Shown: positions 22,655 to 31,102 of the stretch, piece after piece | How the letters are laid out: each line of letters begins with the position of its first letter | Position numbering within the stretch: the first letter of the stretch is position 1 | From: a virus | Taxonomy: Duplodnaviria; Heunggongvirae; Uroviricota; Caudoviricetes | Virus record (IMG/VR): IMGVR_UViG_2711768071_000021 | DNA length: 33,559 nt | Reading direction: 5' to 3' (one strand) | Program-made: the position numbers and the translations under genes | The notes under the pieces: model-generated | What the model saw: the letters and a program-made list of their open reading frames with translations, nothing else | Database searches by the model: none | What the model was told of the DNA's origin: nothing

Positions 22655-24412
22655 TCACAGAATTAACAGGTCCTCATCAGGATCAAGCGTGGACAGAAAG
22701 TCATTCACGCCCCCGCCATTTACCAGAAAGCGGCTCATGGCTGTAAAAAGCGCAACAGGGCCGTCGATTTTGGCTTCCGGCGTGGATTTATTCGGGAAGA
22801 TGTTGTCGTTTTTGTCCGGTTTTACAGTAACGTTAGACATCATCCAGTTCATGACCGGATGATTGCTGTGATGGAAACGCCCGGCATAAACCAGTGATTC
22901 CGTTTCCTTCATGGCCTCTGACAGATTGCGGACCGTCTGCGGAACCTCCACCAGCGGTATCCCTTCTTCAGCCAGTGCCAGGCTGAACTGCATTGCGCTC
23001 CACGGGTCAAACCCCAGTTCCCTGAGGTTTTCACCGCCAATCCATTCCAGTAAGTCACTTTTTATCTGAGCATGATCGATAACATCACCATCCGTCAGGA
23101 TGAGCTTATCCATCTCCGCCCACTTCCGGTAAAGTTCTGCCTGCTGCCGCGAGCATCGTTCCAGCCGTCCTTCCGGAAGCCAGAATTTAAAATCAGCATG
23201 AACATGTCCGTTATCGGTTCGCCAGAGTTTTGCCGCCGCACAGATATCAATCTTATGAGCAAGGTCGACGCCGACCCACATGGGATATGTTTTCAGCTCA
23301 TGTTGTGGAGCAATGTATTCGCACTTCTCCCACTTAATCATATCCATCCAGGCAGATTCGGCAGTGACCCACACATTCATGTGTTTGGTAAAAAAATTCA
23401 CCCGCGCAGAGACCTGCTCCTTCGCTTTTTTCGCCAGACGACGCAGATCATCCCAGCGTTTACAGATGCCCAGGCCAGGATTCGCTTTCTGCCAGACCGT
23501 TTCATCAAACGGATCATCTCCCTCATCGAGCGTGTAAATGATCGCAAAGTAGGAGTCGTCTTTTACCGCGCCCTCCACGTCGCTGTTATAGCCTCGCAAT
23601 ACCTTAATGGCGTAATCGCGCTGCTCGTAGCAAATCCCTTCCTTGTTAAAGCCAGCCGTGGTGATGCCAAATAACAGAGACTGCAGACGGGCACCGGTTG
23701 CCGTTTCCAGAACGTCCCACACGTCACGGGTTTTATGAGCATGCAGCTCATCAATAATGGCGCAGTGGATGTTCAGACCGTCCAGGTTGTTTGCATCCGA
23801 GGAAAGCGGTTCAAATTTTGATGCGCTCTGCTCCTGGTAAATCGCCAGCTTGTTGAAATCAAACAACCGCCCGAGTGTCGACCGGGCTTTTCTGACCATA
23901 TTTTTGGCGTCTTCAAACACAATTCTGGCCTGGTCACGCGTGGTTGCGGCTGAATACACCTCAGCCCCGCCTTCACCATCTGCCCCCGTCATATACAGAC
24001 CGATACCCGATGACAGGGTTGATTTTGCGTTTTTACGGGCAACTTCGTTGTATGCTGTCCGGAACCGGCGCACCATCACCGGGCGTCCACTGCCATCGCT
24101 GCGCATGACAACTTCCCCGGTTTCTTCATTCACCAGCGGAATGACAAAACCAAAAATATTAATGAGGATAAACACATGCCAGTCCATCAACTCAATGGGC
24201 TGACCTGCCAGCGCCCCTTTCACATGGGGTACAAATTTGTAGAAATTAAGGATGTGCTGTGCACGGGGTTCACTGAAATAAATCCCCCGCTCTTCGCCGT
24301 ACTTCAGATCATCAAGAAAACGCTGGCAGGCCAGACGGACAAATTCGCCAGCAACAATTTCTCCTGCAACAACACGTTCGGCGTAGCGGATCCCGTCAGC
24401 CACTTTTGCCAT
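22655..24412 (-). CDS. Terminase large subunit
   Basis: 585 aa with an N-terminal ATPase and C-terminal nuclease layout; overlaps the small terminase stop (ATGA). Confidence 0.95.
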   Translation of the reverse strand: MAKVADGIRYAERVVAGEIVAGEFVRLACQRFLDDLKYGEERGIYFSEPRAQHILNFYKFVPHVKGALAGQPIELMDWHVFILINIFGFVIPLVNEETGEVVMRSDGSGRPVMVRRFRTAYNEVARKNAKSTLSSGIGLYMTGADGEGGAEVYSAATTRDQARIVFEDAKNMVRKARSTLGRLFDFNKLAIYQEQSASKFEPLSSDANNLDGLNIHCAIIDELHAHKTRDVWDVLETATGARLQSLLFGITTAGFNKEGICYEQRDYAIKVLRGYNSDVEGAVKDDSYFAIIYTLDEGDDPFDETVWQKANPGLGICKRWDDLRRLAKKAKEQVSARVNFFTKHMNVWVTAESAWMDMIKWEKCEYIAPQHELKTYPMWVGVDLAHKIDICAAAKLWRTDNGHVHADFKFWLPEGRLERCSRQQAELYRKWAEMDKLILTDGDVIDHAQIKSDLLEWIGGENLRELGFDPWSAMQFSLALAEEGIPLVEVPQTVRNLSEAMKETESLVYAGRFHHSNHPVMNWMMSNVTVKPDKNDNIFPNKSTPEAKIDGPVALFTAMSRFLVNGGGVNDFLSTLDPDEDLLIL

Positions 24413-24894
24413 CAGTCTCTCGCTTTTAAAAGCTCTGCCAGCGGATCAACATCATCCGGTCCGGCGGTATTTACTTTCGCCCGGCTTGCCGGTGACATAC
24501 CAAACTCTGCAAGCATCGCCCGAATCCGCTTCCAGGCATCAGCCTTCATCGCAGCAGCCGGGTGTGCCTTGATCAGCACATCGCCATTCTGCGTTTCCGT
24601 GCGGTAGGTATAACCCTCAACATCGAGTATTTCGCAGTGATGCCGGTATTCGGTGTAGGCTTCCACCAGTAACTCGAGCGCACGTGCATCGAGCTGAGAA
24701 ATGATCCCTTCCGCATTCAGCTCTTCCGCCATTCGCCTGAACCAGTACTTCCCCTGCGCCCCTAAATGTTGCGGAATTTTAGGGAGACCTTTTTCATCCT
24801 TTTTAGCGGTTTTTTTGGAGTCTTTAACTGGCCGCTTTGAGGGGTTACCTCGTATCAAATGCAGGCGTGGCGGGGTTTTCGGGGGTCCAGACAT
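24412..24894 (-). CDS. Terminase small subunit (P27 family)
   Basis: 160 aa with a basic N-terminus (MSGPPKTPPRLHLIRGNPSKRP), typical of P27-family small terminases in HK97-like phages. Confidence 0.88.
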   Translation of the reverse strand: MSGPPKTPPRLHLIRGNPSKRPVKDSKKTAKKDEKGLPKIPQHLGAQGKYWFRRMAEELNAEGIISQLDARALELLVEAYTEYRHHCEILDVEGYTYRTETQNGDVLIKAHPAAAMKADAWKRIRAMLAEFGMSPASRAKVNTAGPDDVDPLAELLKARD

Positions 24895-25041
24895 AATCGG
24901 TTTTACCTATCAATCATTTAATCACATTCCAAAAAAAAGTTTTCGAACCTGCGGCGATGCGAGGAAAGGTCAGGCGGCGGTACTGAGCAGCCAGGGTTGC
25001 AGAGATTTGACCTGCCCCTCCCCTACAGATGGGAACTGTTA

Positions 25042-25392
25042 TCAATTGATGCGTTCGCGCGCTGTTTTTGCTTTATGACAGGGCCAGCACAGACTCTGCA
25101 GGTTACTGTCTGCATCCGTGCCACCATGAGCTTTCGGAATGATGTGGTCCACAGTTCTGGCTTCAACGGCTCTCCCATTGCGCAGGCAGTTCTGACACAG
25201 ATGATTATCACGCTTCAGTATGCGCGCACGTATGGCATCCCATTTCGAGCCATAGCCACGCTGGTGGCGGCTCAGTCCGCGTTGATGCTGTACCCATCCT
25301 TCGCCACGATGTTTATCGCAGTAACCAGAACTGTCTGTGGTTGTACCTGCACATCCACGCTTACGGCAGGCGCGTGGGATTCGTGGGGGCAT
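25042..25392 (-). CDS. HNH endonuclease (terminase-associated)
   Basis: Cys-x2-Cys ... His ... Cys-x2-His zinc/HNH motif (DHIIPKAHGGTD...CWPCH); start placed at the internal ATG with GGAG 5 nt upstream (track ORF begins at 25491). Confidence 0.85.
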   Translation of the reverse strand: MPPRIPRACRKRGCAGTTTDSSGYCDKHRGEGWVQHQRGLSRHQRGYGSKWDAIRARILKRDNHLCQNCLRNGRAVEARTVDHIIPKAHGGTDADSNLQSLCWPCHKAKTARERIN

Positions 25393-25614
25393 ATGTACTC
25401 CAATGAAGAAGCCACCGACATAGCCTCCTCCATTCATAGTGAAACTATTTTCATCTACCCAGTAATGAATTCTTTGTAGAGTTGTGATCAATACAACTCA
25501 CTAATGGAGAGGCTTGTCCAACACGTTGGACAAGTTTCCTGTTTGATTTACTGGACACTATAGAAGGACAGAATGCCTTCATCACTCGAATAACATCAAT
25601 TAAGGAGGTTCAAC

Positions 25615-25737
25615 ATGTTTCATTCCACAAATCATCAGGCTGTAATTATGGCTGCATCAGCTTGTGCCACAGACCTTTTCCGCTTCACTTTGAGCCTGAT
25701 TCATTTCTACCTGACCGGCTCGCCTCTATCTTTTTAA
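25615..25737 (+). CDS. Hypothetical small protein (40 aa, MFHSTNHQAVIMAASACATDLFRFTLSLIHFYLTGSPLSF)
   Basis: Near-consensus SD TAAGGAGGT 5 nt upstream of the ATG; lies in the 525-bp gap between HNH and bor. Not in the ORF track because of size. Confidence 0.35.
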   Translation: MFHSTNHQAVIMAASACATDLFRFTLSLIHFYLTGSPLSF

Positions 25738-25917
25738 TCCCCGCTTTATCCAAATTGCATTGCCAGAATGCTGACAACAGACTGACATTCAAATCCTGAC
25801 TACCTCCAATAGGCTGAGCATCCACCTATATAGTTTTAATTTTCATCAATCCATTTAACTATCGTTTAATTGTTGTCACATAGGATTCTGCCGTTTTTAA
25901 CAATGCAGGATAATAAG

Positions 25918-26211
25918 ATGAAAAAAATGTTGTTTTCTGCCGCTCTGGCAATGCTTATTACAGGATGTGCTCAACAGACGTTTACTGTTGGAAACAAACC
26001 GACAGCAGTAACACCAAAGGAAACCATCACCCATCATTTCTTCGTTTCGGGAATTGGACAGGAGAAAACTGTTGATGCAGCCAAAATTTGTGGCGGCGCA
26101 GAAAATGTTGTTAAAACAGAAACCCAGCAAACATTCGTAAATGGATTTCTCGGTTTTATTACTTTAGGCATTTATACTCCACTGGAAGCGCGTGTGTATT
26201 GCTCACAATAA
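25918..26211 (+). CDS. bor: Bor lipoprotein (serum-resistance lipoprotein, Iss homologue)
   Basis: MKKMLFSAALAMLITGCAQQTFTV... with lipobox LITGC; AGGA upstream of the ATG at 25918; on the opposite strand to the late operon, between Rz and the terminase region as in lambda. Confidence 0.92.
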   Translation: MKKMLFSAALAMLITGCAQQTFTVGNKPTAVTPKETITHHFFVSGIGQEKTVDAAKICGGAENVVKTETQQTFVNGFLGFITLGIYTPLEARVYCSQ

Positions 26212-26242
26212 TTGCATGAGTTGCCCATCGATATGGGCAGCT

Positions 26243-26719
26243 CTATCTGCACTGCTCATTAATATACTTCTGGGTTCCTTCCAGTTGTTTTTGCATAGTG
26301 ATCACCCTCTCTCTGAGGGTGAAATAATCCCGTTCAGCGGTGTCTGCCAGTCGGGGGCTGGTTGCATTATCCACGCCGGAGGCGGTGGTGGCTTCACGCA
26401 CTGACTGACAGACTGCTTTGATGTGCAACCGACGACGACCAGCGGCAACATCAGCGCGCAGAGTTTCATTTTCAGCTTTCGCATTGGCTAATTCTCTCGA
26501 GTACTTTGCATCGAGTGCAGCAACATCACGCTGACGCTGCTGCATGTCAGCGATGGTGGCGATCGCCTGCTTCAGCTCACTGACTTTTTTATCACGCTGT
26601 TCTTTGTAGGCGATGGCGTTATCACGGTAATGATTGACCGCCCACGACAGGCAGACGATGATGCAGATAACCAAAGCATAAATAATCGCGGCGACTCTGC
26701 TCACTGCTCTATCCCCCAA
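26243..26719 (-). CDS. Rz: Spanin, inner-membrane subunit Rz
   Basis: 158 aa with N-terminal transmembrane helix and coiled-coil periplasmic domain; overlaps the endolysin 3' end; contains the embedded Rz1 frame. Confidence 0.88.
   Translation of the reverse strand: MGDRAVSRVAAIIYALVICIIVCLSWAVNHYRDNAIAYKEQRDKKVSELKQAIATIADMQQRQRDVAALDAKYSRELANAKAENETLRADVAAGRRRLHIKAVCQSVREATTASGVDNATSPRLADTAERDYFTLRERVITMQKQLEGTQKYINEQCR
26302..26484 (-). CDS. Rz1: Spanin, outer-membrane lipoprotein subunit Rz1 (embedded in Rz, +1 frame)
   Basis: 60 aa with lipobox LVVVGC and a proline-rich mature region (PPPPPAW), entirely inside Rz. Confidence 0.85.
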   Translation of the reverse strand: MRKLKMKLCALMLPLVVVGCTSKQSVSQCVKPPPPPAWIMQPAPDWQTPLNGIISPSERG

Positions 26720-27234
26720 CAGGCTAATGCGCTTTCCTGGTCACGACGAATAACCTGTCCATAGCAGTTATTTGAACGTATGCGGCAATCGCGCCCACCA
26801 TCTTTTATCCACCAGCGAATCGCCTCGCATGCGCCCTTACGATCACCGGCATTCAGCCGCTTATAAAACGTCGACGGGAAACACTTACCGGGGCCAATGT
26901 TATAGGGACAGAATGACGCTATACCCGCTTTTTGTGGTTCGGTCAGTGGTACTTTAATATTGCGCTCCACCCATGCCAGCGCCTTATCACGCTCAATGGC
27001 GTTGACCTGGTCGCATTTTTCCTTCGACAGTTTCATACCGGGAAAAACGGGTTTTCCATCCACCATCGTGGCACCCCGACAGATGGTCCAGATGCCGGAC
27101 CCATCGCGGTATGCCGTTGTGTGGTTACCTTCTTTTTCATCCAGAAACTGGTCGAGAATATCAGGCGCGGGCGCACCGACGGCAATCAGTGCCAGAACGG
27201 CAGCCGACAGGCCGTATCTGATTTTTGCGTTCAT
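26701..27234 (-). CDS. R: SAR endolysin (glycoside hydrolase family 24 lysozyme with N-terminal signal-anchor-release domain)
   Basis: 177 aa; weakly hydrophobic Gly/Ala-rich N-terminus ([18 protein letters not shown]) followed by a T4-lysozyme-like catalytic region (E...D...T). Confidence 0.88.
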   Translation of the reverse strand: MNAKIRYGLSAAVLALIAVGAPAPDILDQFLDEKEGNHTTAYRDGSGIWTICRGATMVDGKPVFPGMKLSKEKCDQVNAIERDKALAWVERNIKVPLTEPQKAGIASFCPYNIGPGKCFPSTFYKRLNAGDRKGACEAIRWWIKDGGRDCRIRSNNCYGQVIRRDQESALACWGIEQ

Positions 27235-27297
27235 GGATATTTATCAGGATTTATCGGTTTCTGCCCACGGACAGGTTTATCTGTTCCGGTCAGTGAC

Positions 27298-27648
27298 TTA
27301 AGGTTGTGATTCCGGAGGAGTCTTCAGAGAACCAGTAATTCTTCCCGGTAGCTTTCCTTTGTAGGTTATCCATACATTCTGCGCCTCTAAAATTACGGGG
27401 CGCTTTTCCGGCGACTGCTCATCCCCTTCACATAACCCGGCAGCAACATCCAGGAAGACCTGTCTGATGCTCATTCTGGCTGCTGCCTCATAAAACTCCA
27501 GCGCGGCACCTTCAACACGGTCCAGCGAGATGTCCAGGTCAAAAATTTCACCGTCAAAGCGTTTTTTGTCCCGTAACGCTAAAGTTACCGTAACTTTATT
27601 CTCAAAATTGCGGATCCCTTTCACAATCAGTTCATAGTTTTGAGTCAT
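27298..27648 (-). CDS. Hypothetical protein between holin and endolysin (possibly YdfR-like)
   Basis: 116-aa ORF tightly packed between S and R (5-nt gap to the holin stop); name is a guess from position in Qin. Confidence 0.6.
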   Translation of the reverse strand: MTQNYELIVKGIRNFENKVTVTLALRDKKRFDGEIFDLDISLDRVEGAALEFYEAAARMSIRQVFLDVAAGLCEGDEQSPEKRPVILEAQNVWITYKGKLPGRITGSLKTPPESQP

Positions 27649-27652
27649 TGAA

Positions 27653-27868
27653 TTACTCTCCCCGTGCAGCCTTACGACGGTCCTCTCTGATTTTGAAATA
27701 CAGGTTAGTCAGATATGTCAGCAGCCCAAACAGCAGACTCCCCAGCACGCCTATTGCCGCCCACTGAGACGGGGAAACCCTGTCCAGCAACTGCAGGAAC
27801 CAGTAGCCCGTTCCCACCGCTGACGTGGTGTATGACACACCTGTTGTGATTTTTTCCATCTGGTCCAT
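27653..27868 (-). CDS. S: Pinholin (phage 21 S-like, class II holin) with dual-start motif
   Basis: From the internal start [71 protein letters not shown] (71 aa); two Met codons three residues apart; two predicted transmembrane segments. The track ORF extends to 27973. Confidence 0.88.
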   Translation of the reverse strand: MDQMEKITTGVSYTTSAVGTGYWFLQLLDRVSPSQWAAIGVLGSLLFGLLTYLTNLYFKIREDRRKAARGE

Positions 27869-28175
27869 ACCCCGTCTCCCGTTATCCGGAAGCTGACAAC
27901 AATAAAAAAGCCACCAGTTAACTACTGATGGCTCTGATAACTCATGCAAGCGTCTCAGACGACCCACTGACACTACCGGTGAGTTTAACGATACCTTCCA
28001 TTTGACTGGCTCACTTTTTATGATGATGCCGGTGCATTTATCTCCAGCACCAGACTTTCTATCTCAACGCCATACGTTGCATTTTTGGTAATATCCGTCA
28101 GCGTCAGTGCATTTAGTCCCACTGCCAGACTGTCTTTTATGGCCTGGAATGCCGGGCCAGTACGATGACGTAGTA

Positions 28176-28364
28176 TCACTCCGGCTCAGTTGCACCACTG
28201 ACCACCACATCACCTTCTGCTGCAATCGCCTGCATCAGGGTATAAGGGGTTATGGCCACCGGACTACCAAACGGCTGCCAGCCCTCTTTCAGTTTATGTG
28301 TCAGCTTTTCCGCAAGATCTGACGGCGGCGCCGCCCTGACAACATCATAGTATTTAAATGCCAT
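28176..28364 (-). CDS. Small hypothetical protein (possibly DUF1737-like)
   Basis: MAFKYYDVVRAAPPSDLAEKLTHKLKEGWQPFGSPVAITPYTLMQAIAAEGDVVVSGATEPE; the alternative start 5 codons upstream (28379) is also possible. Confidence 0.55.
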   Translation of the reverse strand: MAFKYYDVVRAAPPSDLAEKLTHKLKEGWQPFGSPVAITPYTLMQAIAAEGDVVVSGATEPE

Positions 28365-28623
28365 GGTTCTTTCCACCATCTGAAAAATAATTCTTTAAAA
28401 TACCTGACATGTAATACAGAAAAAACACAAAACCATACCTTAAATAAAAACCTGATTATCAAGCAGATATGCATGGATAAACTACAAGACGAGATATAAA
28501 CCACCCTGTATTTAAATAAACAATAAACAACATCAGAAAAATAATTCTGCTCTATGGTTTAATTCAAAAATATCATTTATACTTTTCAGAACATCACCAG
28601 CAAGGCATAAACAAGGAAAGTAA

Positions 28624-28959
28624 ATGAAGTGGATTGTGATTGATACAGTTATCCAGCCATCATGCGGAATATCTTTTTCAGTCATATGGAGTAAAATAAA
28701 ATTAATAATCTGGTATCAATCGGATGCTTTCTTACCTCCTGAAAGTATATTTACACTGACTCACACAGGCATCATGCTCAATAACAAAGTGCTACCTGTA
28801 ACCATTTACAACGTAGTACCATTCAATAAAACATTCTGGAATTTAATCAAAAACAACCAGGAATGCCCTACAAATACAGATAACGTAATGAATGAATGCT
28901 TTAATAACCGTTGCACTCTGCAAATATGTCCTTATGGACTAAAACAACAAAGTCCATAA
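28624..28959 (+). CDS. Hypothetical protein (111 aa, Cys-containing) in AT-rich cargo region
   Basis: ATG preceded by AAGGAAAG; embedded in a markedly AT-rich stretch; opposite strand to the late operon; followed by a GC-rich hairpin. No family recognised. Confidence 0.55.
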   Translation: MKWIVIDTVIQPSCGISFSVIWSKIKLIIWYQSDAFLPPESIFTLTHTGIMLNNKVLPVTIYNVVPFNKTFWNLIKNNQECPTNTDNVMNECFNNRCTLQICPYGLKQQSP

Positions 28960-28994
28960 GGAGTTTACTCACATCTGACAAAATCAATATAAAC

Positions 28995-29014
28995 AGCCCC
29001 TCCGGAGAGGGGCT
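28995..29014. terminator. GC-rich perfect hairpin (AGCCCCTC-cgga-GAGGGGCT), probable terminator
   Basis: 8-bp perfect stem with a 4-nt loop; a T-rich tract follows on the minus strand (TTTATATTGATTTT); 35 nt downstream of the plus-strand 111-aa gene. Confidence 0.5.
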
Positions 29015-29406
29015 GGAGAGTGGCGCTATGTGCCATTGCATGGTGCCGGGTGCCTCCCGGTGAATTCAGTACCAGCACCTGAATCCGCGATTATCCCATA
29101 TACCTACTCGCTGATTGCCCCTCCGCACAGGGGGATTCACCATGCCAGTTTCTTTTAACAAACTCCCCGCAAACCAGACAACAGTCAACCGCCTGAATTG
29201 TGAAGTATTTAAAAATTTCTCCCGCTAACTGATACCCGGCTAACAGTCTGGCGTTTTCTTTTTCAGCAACGGGAAAGCAACAACCACCACACCCGCCACC
29301 AGCACACCGTCAGCCAGCACTGACATTATCCGGCTGCTGCAATGCCACTCACAAAAACAGTAAGCAATCACTTTTTACCGTAACAAGTGATAATCCAGAT
29401 ATGTAT

Positions 29407-29760
29407 CTACCCCAGATGAGTAATCCGAAGTTCATCCATACCACAGGTACTGGCTATTCTGTTGTACTCCTGAACAAGAGCAAATAATTCTGAATTAGCA
29501 ACCATGAACTCATCGCAAACCCTCTGTATAGCATCACTATTCAGAATAATAACGTCTCTTCCCGAAAGACGATCAGGAGTACAGAACAAAACTGTCAAAC
29601 GGCTGAAGGCCTTTGCTCGTCCTGCATTGACTATATCAATACGCTGCCTAAGGATGAAACACCCCGACGCCTCATCAATATTCACTCTACCCACACCATA
29701 TGAATGATAAATATTTAATGCTGAAAAAACCATTAGACCGTATAACAAACACTCAATCAA
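29407..29760 (-). CDS. Hypothetical protein (117 aa from a TTG, or 108 aa from the first ATG)
   Basis: Track ORF begins with TTG; no convincing SD for either start; AT-rich; downstream of the tRNAs on the late-operon strand. Confidence 0.4.
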   Translation of the reverse strand: MIECLLYGLMVFSALNIYHSYGVGRVNIDEASGCFILRQRIDIVNAGRAKAFSRLTVLFCTPDRLSGRDVIILNSDAIQRVCDEFMVANSELFALVQEYNRIASTCGMDELRITHLG

Positions 29761-29873
29761 TACTTAACAGAACTTTTATTTTTGACAAACATAAAATATT
29801 TTCAACAATATCCTGAGCCAGGTATATTTCAGTATAAGGCTCTGCCGGAAGGAATCTGGAAGAATGAATATAG

Positions 29874-29947
29874 CGCGCTGTACTGGATTCGAACCAGTGA
29901 CCGATTGCTTAGAAGGCAATTGCTCTGTCCGGCTGAGCTAACAACGC
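29874..29947 (-). tRNA. tRNA-Arg (anticodon UCU, reads AGA); CCA not encoded
   Basis: Cloverleaf built by hand: acceptor GCGTTGT/ACAGCGC (one G-U pair), D-stem GCTC/GAGC, anticodon stem ATTGC/GCAAT with loop CTTCTAA, T-arm ACTGG-TTCGAAT-CCAGT. Confidence 0.8.
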
Positions 29948-30047
29948 TGAATACCGATAATGGACCGCCATCGGGGACCCGCCCCCGCACCAACAACCCT
30001 GTTATCGTGTCGTCTGCTCTTCCTGATAAGCTAATGGCGGTTTGTGA

Positions 30048-30123
30048 TGGTGGCCCTTGCTGGATTTGAACCAGCGACCTGGCGATTATGAGTCGCTCGC
30101 TCTCACCACTGAGCTAAAGGGCC
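30048..30123 (-). tRNA. tRNA-Ile2 type (anticodon CAU, ileX/ileZ-like; would read AUA if lysidine-modified, otherwise Met)
   Basis: 76 nt: GGCCCTTTAGCTCAGTGGTGAGAGCGAGCGACTCATAATCGCCAGGTCGCTGGTTCAAATCCAGCAAGGGCCACCA; perfect 7-bp acceptor stem, encoded CCA, close to my memory of E. coli ileX. Confidence 0.85.
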
Positions 30124-30159
30124 GGGAGCAGAATAATAACGGTCCGTAATTAATTCCGC

Positions 30160-30186
30160 AATAAAAAACCCGCTCGGCGGCGGGTT
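30160..30186 (-). terminator. tR'-like intrinsic terminator downstream of the late promoter (the site Q must override)
   Basis: Stem ACCCGC / GCGGGT with loop CGCCGA, followed by TTTTTTATT on the minus strand, about 45 nt downstream of the predicted start site. Confidence 0.7.
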
Positions 30187-30233
30187 GTAGAAACTCTTCT
30201 AACGTCAGGCATAAAAAGCCCATTATTATGACG

Positions 30234-30261
30234 AATTTACCACAGATTCCGGAAAAATCAA
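30234..30261 (-). promoter_or_regulatory. Late promoter PR'-like (-35 TTGATT, 16-bp spacer, -10 TAAATT), immediately downstream of Q
   Basis: Near-consensus sigma70 hexamers read on the minus strand; position and orientation match lambda PR'; the Q-binding (qut) region is expected to overlap. Confidence 0.6.
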
Positions 30262-30266
30262 CCTTG

Positions 30267-31088
30267 TTACCTAGTTACCTTTTTTAACTGCCGCTCAGCC
30301 CATGCTTCTTCAATATCAAACCGGGTCACCAGCGCATCATAGAATTTCTTAACTGTTTTTTCCCATGACGCGCGTGTTATCTGGTTTGTCACCTCGCATA
30401 TAGCATTAAATGCCTCCGTTGATGGTAGTCTTTCATAGCCACGACCACCACAACGCTGGCAGTCTCTGATAACAGGCATACCACGTTTTACCGACTCTTC
30501 ACGATGAATGGCGACACCACGCCCACGGCAATCCTTACAGGCAGTGGAAACCTCACCCTTTCCGCCACACTCCGGACAGGCAACTTTTACCACCTCCCTG
30601 ACTTTTTTCCATTCTTCCCAGTAAGACGAATACACACCTTTCGTACACTTTGCCCATACCGGCGGCTTACCATCCGGATACTGGACCTTGTTTGTAAAAA
30701 CTACGCTTTCAATAAATTTTTCCCCATAGCAACAAGGGCACTGCTTTTTACTCGCTGCGCTACGGGCATAATCCTCAAAAGCGTACGAAGCCATAATGCG
30801 CATCACTACCGGTTTTATTTCTGCCGGAAGTTTTCTCAACGCCGCCACACGATCGCACCGACTGAGTGCATAATCTGCCAGTAATTCTGTTGCCCGCGCC
30901 CTGTCATTCATACTGATGCCCATTTTCCCCAGGAACGCAGAAAAACCCATCTCAGCCCGATTCTGTGTCATGCCCTGCGCGGCCATCACATCAGTGATAC
31001 TCAGCGCATCTTTTGACGTTGAGGCCGATGCATCGGTCAGGCCAGGGGATTTTGGGGAGTAGTATTTCGGTAAATCTTCCAGTTTCAT
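30267..31088 (-). CDS. Q: Late-gene antiterminator Q
   Basis: 273 aa with several Cys-x2-Cys pairs (zinc-binding); located immediately upstream of the PR'-like promoter, tR'-like terminator and tRNAs. Confidence 0.85.
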   Translation of the reverse strand: MKLEDLPKYYSPKSPGLTDASASTSKDALSITDVMAAQGMTQNRAEMGFSAFLGKMGISMNDRARATELLADYALSRCDRVAALRKLPAEIKPVVMRIMASYAFEDYARSAASKKQCPCCYGEKFIESVVFTNKVQYPDGKPPVWAKCTKGVYSSYWEEWKKVREVVKVACPECGGKGEVSTACKDCRGRGVAIHREESVKRGMPVIRDCQRCGGRGYERLPSTEAFNAICEVTNQITRASWEKTVKKFYDALVTRFDIEEAWAERQLKKVTR

Positions 31089-31102
31089 TTTTTGACCTGC
31101 TC

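Noticed and set aside
21443-24203. Plus-strand ORFs antisense to the portal and large terminase genes (218 aa, 200 aa, 117 aa and others)
   Set aside because: Antisense to strongly supported structural genes; no start signals or recognisable domains.
27869-27973. N-terminal extension of the holin ORF (track ORF of 106 aa)
   Set aside because: The extension lacks an RBS and is not typical of holins; the conserved dual-start Met-x-x-Met at residues 36 and 39 is the likely true start.
28000-29800. Shiga toxin or other recognisable toxin genes at the Q-tRNA-lysis cargo position
   Set aside because: No ORF here resembles StxA/StxB or any toxin family I recognise; only unassigned hypothetical ORFs are present.
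29948-30047. A third tRNA between tRNA-Arg and tRNA-Ile2
   Set aside because: The 100-bp spacer has an inverted repeat (CCGCCAT...ATGGCGG) but no T-loop GTTCRA motif and no acceptor/anticodon arrangement I could fold into a cloverleaf.
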